From a virus: a stretch of 64,000 nt of DNA. The stretch is from positions 4,282 through 68,281 of the IMG/VR virus record IMGVR_UViG_3300025108_000031; one strand, written 5' to 3'. The notes below the pieces were generated by a model. The model had not been told where the DNA came from and searched no databases. It worked only from the letters and a program-made list of their open reading frames with translations. Position numbers and translations under genes: made by a program. Positions 50,480 through 57,975 of the stretch are shown here, piece after piece (the first letter of the stretch is position 1; the number at the start of each line of letters is the position of its first letter).

Positions 50480-50542
50480 GCATCACGACGCATAATGACG
50501 CATCATTAGGGGTCATGTGTGGGTCATATGTGGGTCATGTGT
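50480..50542. repeat. Short tandem repeats (3x about 10 bp GCATcAtGAC-like, then 3x 11 bp GGGTCATRTGT)
   Basis: Seen directly in the divergent non-coding region. Confidence 0.8.
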
Positions 50543-50904
50543 GGCGGTGCGTATTTCATGGATGTGTACCTACGTGAGTATCGGTTCGATTTTTGTGTTT
50601 TTAATTAGGGGGTGATTGTTCGTGTTTCCTCACTGACTAACGTAGTTAGAAATGCTAATACAAAGCTGTATTGCTAACAACAAAAGCTGAAAACGTAGGC
50701 GAAAACTGCACGGGGTATACCCCACGGGGTTTACGCAGGTCGTTTCTGATGTGTGTACGCTACGTGTGTATATATATATAATCCCCGAGATCTGTGTTAC
50801 GCACCTTTTTTTCAGGCATGCTTCACCGAGGCTATTTCATCGAAACACACTTAAAATGCTGTTTATCAATGCCTTGCTGGGTTCAATTAAACTGCTTTAT
50901 AGGC

Positions 50905-50935
50905 TTGACTTTGTAAGAAAAAAGTTGTAACTTAG
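50905..50935 (+). promoter_or_regulatory. Rightward promoter TTGAC-N18-TAACTTAG
   Basis: Same 18-nt spacing; one mismatch to TAnnTTTG. Confidence 0.55.
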
Positions 50936-51090
50936 CCAAACCTTGTTAGCGATAAACCTTCGAAGCTGTTTTATACCTACGAAGCTGTCTTTAGGATTAC
51001 TTATGTAAGTAATAAATCAGTAGCTCCGAAGCGTCATTCAAACTAATGAAGTTGTGAAGGCACAAAAACTGTATTAATTATATTTGCAGT

Positions 51091-51147
51091 ATGAGAGTCA
51101 AGAAGAGCGGACGGAGAGAGAAGTCCCGACTCAAGAAAAAGAAATAA
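51091..51147 (+). CDS. 18 aa basic micropeptide MRVKKSGRREKSRLKKKK
   Basis: Own TATATTTG (51079-51086) 5 nt before the ATG; MRVKK start shared with other ORFs. Confidence 0.5.
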   Translation: MRVKKSGRREKSRLKKKK

Positions 51148-51161
51148 CTTATATTTGCGTC

Positions 51162-51737
51162 ATGAGATCATTAAGACGAAATGGGGACCCTATAAAGGAA
51201 TCATCAGCGGACCCCAGAAGAGCCCCCGAAACAGCTTATGGCGGTAGCTCAATTAATCCTGGATCTAATAAGATGATCATGGATCTCATCGCTAGAACTA
51301 AAGCTGGTGAGTTTGATGGACAGCTCCCAAGCGGGAAGGTTGACACAGCTGATCCTTTGTTTGATTTACTTAGCCTGGGTTCTGGTCAGCTTGGCGTAAG
51401 AGCTATAAAGAGAGGTGTTGGTGAGGCAGGTGAGGCTGTTGCAAAGCAAGCAGCTAAAGGTGTTAAGCCATTTACTAGAATGAAGGGTGACCTCGATCTT
51501 AATAGAAGAGAGTTAGATGCTTTGCTTGTTAAGTACGAAGATGCGTATGATGATTTATCAGACTTTAAGAGTTGGTTTTCTTCTAACAACAAGGGTGTGG
51601 CTGCAAATTCAGATAACTTTTTGTTAAATAGAAGAGAACAATCACTAAGAGAAGCAGAAGATCAGATGTCCAAGTATGGTCTTACCATAGAGTCCCTCAA
51701 AAAAAGACTATCTGAATTAACAAAGGAATCTTATTAA
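51162..51737 (+). CDS. Hypothetical protein with coiled-coil C-terminus
   Basis: Start moved to the ATG at 51162, after TATATTTG at 51150-51157. Confidence 0.6.
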   Translation: MRSLRRNGDPIKESSADPRRAPETAYGGSSINPGSNKMIMDLIARTKAGEFDGQLPSGKVDTADPLFDLLSLGSGQLGVRAIKRGVGEAGEAVAKQAAKGVKPFTRMKGDLDLNRRELDALLVKYEDAYDDLSDFKSWFSSNNKGVAANSDNFLLNRREQSLREAEDQMSKYGLTIESLKKRLSELTKESY

Positions 51738-51739
51738 TT

Positions 51740-52210
51740 ATGGCAACTCTAAAGGTTACAATCAAAGAAGAACTAGTCCTGAACGGTAAGGATATAGGGA
51801 ACAGCAATTACATCGCTATACCAGGGGTTAATAATTCAGAGCACAGGGTTGTTACCCTGCCTCAGGATGCCGAGAAGAGCTTACTTCTATTGGACTCTGC
51901 TGTCGCGGCTGGTACTATAATTACTAGCTCATTGAAGTTTCTCAGGTTTACTAACCTAGACCTATCTAATAATATACAGATTAGGTTCGTTACAGACACC
52001 GATGGGGATCAATACTCTGTTCTAGTAGAGCCAGGCGAGAGCTATATACTCGGTAATGATTCTATGTTCGCTGAGTCAACCACATCAACAGAAAACCCCA
52101 CATTAGAGAATGCGTCTAGCATCAGCTCAGGTATGTTAAACATAGAGGCTATATATGCTATGGGTGTTGGATCTGATTGTGAACTAGAAATGTTCTTAGC
52201 TACATCGTAA
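51740..52210 (+). CDS. Putative structural protein
   Basis: MATLKVTIKEELVLNG and LRFTNLD motifs; beta-rich. Confidence 0.55.
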   Translation: MATLKVTIKEELVLNGKDIGNSNYIAIPGVNNSEHRVVTLPQDAEKSLLLLDSAVAAGTIITSSLKFLRFTNLDLSNNIQIRFVTDTDGDQYSVLVEPGESYILGNDSMFAESTTSTENPTLENASSISSGMLNIEAIYAMGVGSDCELEMFLATS

Positions 52211-52518
52211 TGAATATCAAAAAAAAATACAGCAAAGGAGGTCTGTACTCACTACTAGCTGATGGAGGAAAGCCAGACTATCTAGATCTTGATAAGGACG
52301 GTGACAAGAAAGAGCTCATGAGGGATGCATCTAAAAACATGGCTCAGGGAGGTAAAGTATATAAGTATGGGGGTGTTAATAGTGATCCGAAATCAGATAA
52401 GATTAAGCTATTAAAACAACAGCTTTCAGCCGCTAAGACAAGTAGGTATGCTACTGAAGAAGATAGATTAAAGGATATCGCTATGATAGAGCGTAAGATC
52501 CGAGATCTTGGGAAGTAA
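52210..52518 (+). CDS. Small basic protein with EF-hand-like DLDKDGD motif and xxGG repeats
   Basis: PDYLDLDKDGDKKE; YSKGG, AQGG, KYGG. Confidence 0.6.
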   Translation: MNIKKKYSKGGLYSLLADGGKPDYLDLDKDGDKKELMRDASKNMAQGGKVYKYGGVNSDPKSDKIKLLKQQLSAAKTSRYATEEDRLKDIAMIERKIRDLGK

Positions 52519-52583
52519 AAACTACTTCAATCCGAGGCTTAAGCGGATCAACCCTGCGTATATTGCAGAGAAGAATAAATTCA

Positions 52584-53045
52584 ATGAGGTTAAGCAAAAA
52601 TCTAACGCTAAAAGAAGTGGTGAATTCAAACACCGCGACGCGAAGGGGGATAGACAACACCCCAGATCAATGGGCGATACATAACCTACAGGCTGTAGCT
52701 GATAATATATTTCAGCCAATTAGAGATCACTTCGGTGTACCCATTGGGATTACCTCTGGATTCAGATGTAAAGAGTTAAACAAAGCCATCGGGGGGAGTA
52801 AGTACTCTCAGCATATGATCGGGGAGGCGATTGATATAGATGCCGATATTCACGGTAAGATATCTAACTCAGATATATTCGACTATATAAAGTGCAACCT
52901 GGAATGGGATCAACTCATATGGGAATTTGGGGATGACGAAAACCCTAACTGGGTTCATGTCTCATACAAAGAATCAGGAGGTAATAGGTGTCAAGTAAAG
53001 AGGGCATTCAGGGACACAAGAGGGGTCTACTACAGTAATATCTGA
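52584..53045 (+). CDS. Peptidase M15A endolysin
   Basis: SGFR..LN..IGG...SQH..GEAxD and WVHVS zinc motifs. Confidence 0.85.
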   Translation: MRLSKNLTLKEVVNSNTATRRGIDNTPDQWAIHNLQAVADNIFQPIRDHFGVPIGITSGFRCKELNKAIGGSKYSQHMIGEAIDIDADIHGKISNSDIFDYIKCNLEWDQLIWEFGDDENPNWVHVSYKESGGNRCQVKRAFRDTRGVYYSNI

Positions 53046-53099
53046 TCAAACAGATAGTATTGTTTTTCGTATATTTGCCAACCCTAAAAACTAACAAAT

Positions 53100-53237
53100 A
53101 TGCGAGAGAAAGAAGAAGACTTCAATGTGGATTTCCTAGACACGGAGAGAGTTAAAGCGACCGAAGAGAAGGTCAAGAGCGGTAAGATTACCTGCAACAT
53201 ACACGCACCAGAGGGTTGTGAGAATTGCAGTGGTTAA
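53100..53237 (+). CDS. 45 aa peptide ending CNIHAPEGCENCSG (not in the ORF track)
   Basis: Promoter TATATTTG at 53070-53077, A-rich leader, clean ORF. Confidence 0.7.
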   Translation: MREKEEDFNVDFLDTERVKATEEKVKSGKITCNIHAPEGCENCSG

Positions 53238-53653
53238 AAGCTGTTGTAGAACCTCTGAACTGCCATCCTGCCTTTCTGGGATAGCGCATACCTAACTCGA
53301 TAGTTATACTTAGTCTCATCCCTGAATAGGTGGTCATCAGCTACCTGTGACGGGGTGAGCTTATCGAAGTGTTTGTATATGTAGTCGCTCGACATAAGTG
53401 GATATATAATCCTGTCCGCAAGTCCCCCCCAAGAGTATCCGTACTCCTCTGCTGCCCAACTTATAGTGAAGAACTCCAGATCATAAACGAACAGCATAAA
53501 GTAAAACTGAGCTTTCGTAAAGCCATCGTTCTTCTCCATAAAATTCTTGACTACATTTCTTAAGTTCTTTAGGTGGTTTTTACCTAAATACTTTTCTGGT
53601 AGTTTAGAGTGCTCTCTAAACAGTCTTGATTTCTTTACTGTGGATTTAGGCAT
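53234..53653 (-). CDS. Putative winged-helix DNA-binding protein
   Basis: MarR-like YxLSxKG wing motif; lone antisense gene in the late region. Confidence 0.55.
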   Translation of the reverse strand: MPKSTVKKSRLFREHSKLPEKYLGKNHLKNLRNVVKNFMEKNDGFTKAQFYFMLFVYDLEFFTISWAAEEYGYSWGGLADRIIYPLMSSDYIYKHFDKLTPSQVADDHLFRDETKYNYRVRYALSQKGRMAVQRFYNSF

Positions 53654-53694
53654 CTGAATTGTGTCGTATATTTGATTCAAACAAATTTACAACC

Positions 53695-53997
53695 ATGAGC
53701 TCTAACGAAACTCTTTTCTTCGCCGAGATGTACTCCTTAGTAAAAAAGATGGAGGATACCATACGTGAATTCAAGATGGAAGATAGAACCCTGGCATCAG
53801 TTGTAGTCGGTGTTATTGACCTGGACGCTATAGAGATTGGTGACGAATCTGCAGAGATGAAAACCATGTACAGCTTCAACCTAGAAAGCAGGGAGGAGCT
53901 GGAGACTATTAAGAACATAATGGACTCTACCTATAAAGAAGATGACCAAGACTCTTTGGATGACCTACTGGGTGACCTGGGAATATCATTAAATTAA
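53695..53997 (+). CDS. Acidic hypothetical protein
   Basis: ATG at 53695 after TATATTTG at 53667-53674. Confidence 0.6.
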   Translation: MSSNETLFFAEMYSLVKKMEDTIREFKMEDRTLASVVVGVIDLDAIEIGDESAEMKTMYSFNLESREELETIKNIMDSTYKEDDQDSLDDLLGDLGISLN

Positions 53998-53999
53998 CT

Positions 54000-54236
54000 A
54001 TGGAAGGACTTATTAGAAAGATCGTTATAGGGGAGGACCCTAAGAACGGTATGGCATACTATGTAGGTATGCGAGCAGGCTTAGGAAATGTTAGCTCTAT
54101 CATACTAGACGAAAGACATCTGCACGATTACTCAAGTACAAGATACTTGGTTTATATCAAGACAGAAAATGACGTACTTTTGTGGAAAGCAGTGGATAGT
54201 ATGCCCTGCATAGTTGAGTACGATTTAAATTTTTAA
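54000..54236 (+). CDS. Conserved hypothetical protein
   Basis: IRKIxIGxDxKxxMxYxVG...WK..MP..VEYD. Confidence 0.65.
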   Translation: MEGLIRKIVIGEDPKNGMAYYVGMRAGLGNVSSIILDERHLHDYSSTRYLVYIKTENDVLLWKAVDSMPCIVEYDLNF

Positions 54237-54824
54237 TTGATGCGAACATTTGATTTGTTTGTGGTTGAGCTCGAAAAGACGCTCGACGACACAATCACGA
54301 CCGATAGTGGTCTAGAACTTTATGTAGATACCAGATTCAATGAATTCGAAAGAAGAATTACAGAAGGCCCCGTTGTGGCTACGCCTTTTAAACACGATAC
54401 AGGAGTCAAAGTGGGTGATACTCTTTACTTCCACCATCTCGTTGTTGTTAATGATGGTCAGCCTCTTACTGGTGAGGATAATCACTACCTTGTACGTTTC
54501 GATCCTGATAACGTCGTTAACAATCAAGCTATCGCTTACAAGTCTAAAGAGACTAATGAGATACATCCGCTGGCGGGGTGGGCACTTCTCAAGGGAGTGG
54601 AAGAAGAAGAAGAGCCAGAGTCAACTATTATCGAAGTTATTAAACTCAAGGATAAGCCTGTCACGAAAGGCGCAGTCGCATTTAAAGCGCCTTGGGTGGA
54701 TGAACTAGGATTAGAGGTGGGTGATGTGGTAGGTTTTAAAAAGAACCTTGACTACCGCATAAAAATAGATGGGGAGGAGTACTACAGAACTCCAGCAGAT
54801 CGCTTACTTTACAAGGAAATTTAA
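54237..54824 (+). CDS. GroES-like co-chaperonin (tandem domains)
   Basis: Two GxVxxxx..VKVGDxxxF / LEVGDVVGF repeats; T.SGL mobile-loop-like motif. Confidence 0.65.
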   Translation: MMRTFDLFVVELEKTLDDTITTDSGLELYVDTRFNEFERRITEGPVVATPFKHDTGVKVGDTLYFHHLVVVNDGQPLTGEDNHYLVRFDPDNVVNNQAIAYKSKETNEIHPLAGWALLKGVEEEEEPESTIIEVIKLKDKPVTKGAVAFKAPWVDELGLEVGDVVGFKKNLDYRIKIDGEEYYRTPADRLLYKEI

Positions 54825-54829
54825 TTGAT

Positions 54830-55099
54830 ATGTTTGAAATGGATAAAGACCACCTCTGGCATTTGCTAGAAGAGGAGGAGTGCTTGCTTGCTGATGGATT
54901 TGACGATGCTGTTATAGGTATTAGCCATCAAGCTCACGATGTTTCACGAGCCGTTTATGATATAGGTAAGATCATTGCCGTCCTTTGCGAGGATGATGAG
55001 ATGACCGATGAGGATGCTATGGAACATTTTGAGTACAATATAGCTGGGGCGTATGTAGGCCCTAAGACCCCGATATTCGTATTTGGCTATGGCAAGTAA
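54830..55099 (+). CDS. Conserved marine phage hypothetical protein
   Basis: ADGFDDAxIG...AxExFEYNxxGAYVGxxTPIF. Confidence 0.65.
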   Translation: MFEMDKDHLWHLLEEEECLLADGFDDAVIGISHQAHDVSRAVYDIGKIIAVLCEDDEMTDEDAMEHFEYNIAGAYVGPKTPIFVFGYGK

Positions 55100-55376
55100 G
55101 TTCACCACTGTAAGTGCAGCTAAGAGGCTCATGCAGAGTATGGAGGAGGCTATAAACAATATGATTGAGGAGATAAAGAAGCCAGTTGATCCAGAGGCGG
55201 GAGGGTCTGCGCGTAAGGCCGAGCTCCAATCCATAAAGCAAACTGCTATCGACTGTAAAGAGCTTTTGGTGGAGCGCCAGAGGCTAGAACAAATGGTTAA
55301 AGAACTAAACAACAATGGGGAAATCGAACAAGCCAAAGACTACTCAGGAGGATTCGCAGAAAGATTCTCAAAATGA
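55083..55376 (+). CDS. Putative terminase small subunit
   Basis: Small helical protein ending GGFAERFSK, upstream of the large subunit. Confidence 0.55.
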   Translation: MAMASKFTTVSAAKRLMQSMEEAINNMIEEIKKPVDPEAGGSARKAELQSIKQTAIDCKELLVERQRLEQMVKELNNNGEIEQAKDYSGGFAERFSK

Positions 55377-55457
55377 AGCCAGCGGACTTATCTATTGGGA
55401 TGACTATAACTTTGATAATCAGAACAATACGGCATGTGACTTAAAGGTAAACTTTAA

Positions 55458-55531
55458 GCTCTCTTAGCTCAGTTGGTTAGAGCGTCCGACTCATAATCGG
55501 CAGGTCCCAGGTTCAAGTCCTGGAGGGAGCA
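55458..55531 (+). tRNA. tRNA with CAT anticodon (probably Ile2, otherwise elongator Met)
   Basis: Cloverleaf GCTCTCT/AGGGAGC, anticodon loop CT-CAT-AA, T-loop TTCAAGT; no encoded CCA. Confidence 0.9.
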
Positions 55532-55534
55532 CTC

Positions 55535-55608
55535 GCACCAGTAGCTCAGTTGGATAGAGCATCTGCCTTCTAAGCAGACGGTCACAGGTTCGAGCCCTGT
55601 CTGGTGTA
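55535..55608 (+). tRNA. tRNA-Arg(TCT)
   Basis: Cloverleaf GCACCAG/CTGGTGT, anticodon arm TCTGC-CTTCTAA-GCAGA. Confidence 0.92.
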
Positions 55609-55622
55609 CTAATTTAATTGAA

Positions 55623-56738
55623 ATGAAAAAACCAACAGTCTGTCTTAGTATGATCGTTAAGGACGAAGAGAAGGATATCGAGAGATGTCTGAAGAGCGTC
55701 TATAAGTATATCGACTACTGGGTCATCATAGATACAGGTTCTACGGATAAAACCGTCAAGAAGATTAAATCTCTGATGAAGAACAGATTCAAAGTTCCTG
55801 GAGAGATACACGAGCGCCCATGGGTGGACTTCTCTCACAATAGGAATGAGTCTCTAGAGATCGCAGAGACCAAGGGGGATTACGTTATGTTTATGGATGC
55901 GGATGATATATTCATTCCAGAGAAGTCTTTCTCAATGAATTTCTTAAGTGATAAGTATCAAGCATACCACTCTTACTTTAAGATACATTCAAGTAAGTTC
56001 AAAAGATGCCTTATAGTTGATTCCTCTATGGGTTGGAGGTATAAAGGGGTCATGCATGAACATATTGTCATTCCCAAGAATTCTAATCAGGCGATAATTC
56101 CAAATCTATTTATTGAGGCCAATGCCTCCCCCCTTAAACGCTTCCCTACAGAGAAGGAGAAGTACTTAAATGATGCTAAGATTATAGAGGAGGATTTATT
56201 GAAAGACCCTGAAAATACTAGAAGCTGGTTTTATCTAGCTCAGTGTTATGGGGATGCTGGTGAGCCTGAGAAATCCATGGAGGCTTACGTGAAAAGATCA
56301 TCAATGGGAGGATTCAGGGAGGAAGTATATCTTTCCCTATATAGGATAGCTTTGAATATGATTGAGTTGAACAAACCAAAGATCGAGGTTATTGAAGCCT
56401 TATCTAAGGCTTGGGAGTATATGCCTTACAGGAAAGAGGCTCCATCTGCTCTCATGAGCGCACTGATCAAGGATGGGAGGAACTTCTTGGCTTTTACTTA
56501 TGGGGACATGACAGTAAAGTCCATCCAGGTATTCGGAGAGAGTAAGGAGCTATTTGAGATGGAGCAAGCCACCAATGATATGTTTCCGAGGTATTACGGT
56601 CTTGCAGCTGAGAAGTGCGGATTCTATCCCATCGCTGTGGCCTCATATAAGATCCTGCTTAAGAATAATCCAGATACGATAAAGTCAAAGGAGCTTCAAA
56701 AGAAAATTAAAGAATTAGAAGAGAAATGTTCAGTGTAG
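55623..56738 (+). CDS. GT2 glycosyltransferase with TPR-like C-terminus
   Basis: CLSMIVKDE, DTGSTD, DAD, HE, R.WFYLAQ. Confidence 0.85.
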   Translation: MKKPTVCLSMIVKDEEKDIERCLKSVYKYIDYWVIIDTGSTDKTVKKIKSLMKNRFKVPGEIHERPWVDFSHNRNESLEIAETKGDYVMFMDADDIFIPEKSFSMNFLSDKYQAYHSYFKIHSSKFKRCLIVDSSMGWRYKGVMHEHIVIPKNSNQAIIPNLFIEANASPLKRFPTEKEKYLNDAKIIEEDLLKDPENTRSWFYLAQCYGDAGEPEKSMEAYVKRSSMGGFREEVYLSLYRIALNMIELNKPKIEVIEALSKAWEYMPYRKEAPSALMSALIKDGRNFLAFTYGDMTVKSIQVFGESKELFEMEQATNDMFPRYYGLAAEKCGFYPIAVASYKILLKNNPDTIKSKELQKKIKELEEKCSV

Positions 56739-57340
56739 TAATACCCACTATGTGGAGATCAATGAGGCTCCTTGGAATGTTACATAGGCTTTATAATAGC
56801 AATTATGTGGATGAGATCATTATTATAGATAACGACAAGGATTCAAGGTTTTCTTTCGATAATAAAAAGATAAAGCTGTTAGAACAGGACGAAAACATAT
56901 TCGTAAATCCAGCTTGGAACCTGGGCGTCAATGAATGCAAGAATGAAAACATATGCATATTAAACGATGACGTCACATTTGATGTTGACGAGGTATTTAG
57001 TACGGCAACACGGTTTCTGTCGGACCACCCATCATCATGCTTGGGTGTTCACCCAGTGAGTTATCAGGGCTATAATGATAGCATTAAGGTTGCGGAAGGT
57101 AGCAATATAGGCCATGGGTGGGGGTGCTGCATATTCTTAAGGAAAGAAAACTGGGTGGATATCCCAGAGGATCTAAAAACTTGGTTTGGAGATAACTGGA
57201 TTGTGGACAATCACGAGAGCTCTTTCTCTGCTGTATTTAGTATTTCTACGGAAATGTCTACTACGAACAACTCTATATCGAACATCAAGGAAGTACAGGA
57301 AAATGACATAAAAATATGGACAGAATTAATTTTAACTTAG
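56726..57340 (+). CDS. GT2-family glycosyltransferase
   Basis: SVVIPT, IIIIDN, NPAWNLG, ILNDD. Confidence 0.8.
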   Translation: MFSVVIPTMWRSMRLLGMLHRLYNSNYVDEIIIIDNDKDSRFSFDNKKIKLLEQDENIFVNPAWNLGVNECKNENICILNDDVTFDVDEVFSTATRFLSDHPSSCLGVHPVSYQGYNDSIKVAEGSNIGHGWGCCIFLRKENWVDIPEDLKTWFGDNWIVDNHESSFSAVFSISTEMSTTNNSISNIKEVQENDIKIWTELILT

Positions 57341-57975
57341 GGGAATACGATTTTGTAAGCTTAGTAAAGAAGAGATTCAAAGTAGATGACTTGTCTTTGA
57401 TATCGGATCAGTTTAATCTTTTTAAAAGAAACAACGATCAGTCTACTAGTTACCACAAGGAGTTTTACTCTTTAGCTAGGGAATTTTCTTTTCAGGATTT
57501 ATACAGAAGGTTTATATCTGAGGTTATCTACCCATTATATGATGAGCCCATCGTGTATCAATCTATACCTACTTTTAGGGTTTGCCTTAAAAACAATATA
57601 GCTGTAGGCGAGTTCCATAAAGACAAGCACTACAGAGATGTTGATTGGGCTGTTAAAGTAAAGGAGGATAATTATTTTTTGCCTTTGACCGAGGCTTTTG
57701 ACACCAATACTATATGGGTTGAATCAGAGGAAGATAAAGGTGATTTTTCTCCAATGGTTTGCTCTCCTGGGCAATTCTATAAGTGGGACGGTTGCAACTT
57801 AAATCACGGAAATAAGCTAAACCAAACAGGCAAGTGTAGGGTGAGTTTTGATTTTAGAGTTTGCAGAAAATCAAATTTTATACCTCTAGACAAGAACACG
57901 ATAAATACATCGATGAAGTTCGACATAGGCGGTTACTACAATGAGTTTTTTTATGAGCAAAATGAATTTAATTGA
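57316..57975 (+). CDS. StrG-like Fe(II)/2-oxoglutarate-type oxygenase
   Basis: QxxPTFR, HKD, LPLT, HGN..N.TG..RVSFDFR. Confidence 0.7.
   Translation: MDRINFNLGEYDFVSLVKKRFKVDDLSLISDQFNLFKRNNDQSTSYHKEFYSLAREFSFQDLYRRFISEVIYPLYDEPIVYQSIPTFRVCLKNNIAVGEFHKDKHYRDVDWAVKVKEDNYFLPLTEAFDTNTIWVESEEDKGDFSPMVCSPGQFYKWDGCNLNHGNKLNQTGKCRVSFDFRVCRKSNFIPLDKNTINTSMKFDIGGYYNEFFYEQNEFN

Noticed and set aside
50480-50542. CRISPR array
   Set aside because: Repeats are 10-11 bp, directly adjacent, with no spacers and no cas genes
52508-52684. TTG-started 58 aa ORF overlapping the endolysin start
   Set aside because: Weak start, long overlap and no lipoprotein or spanin signature; insufficient support
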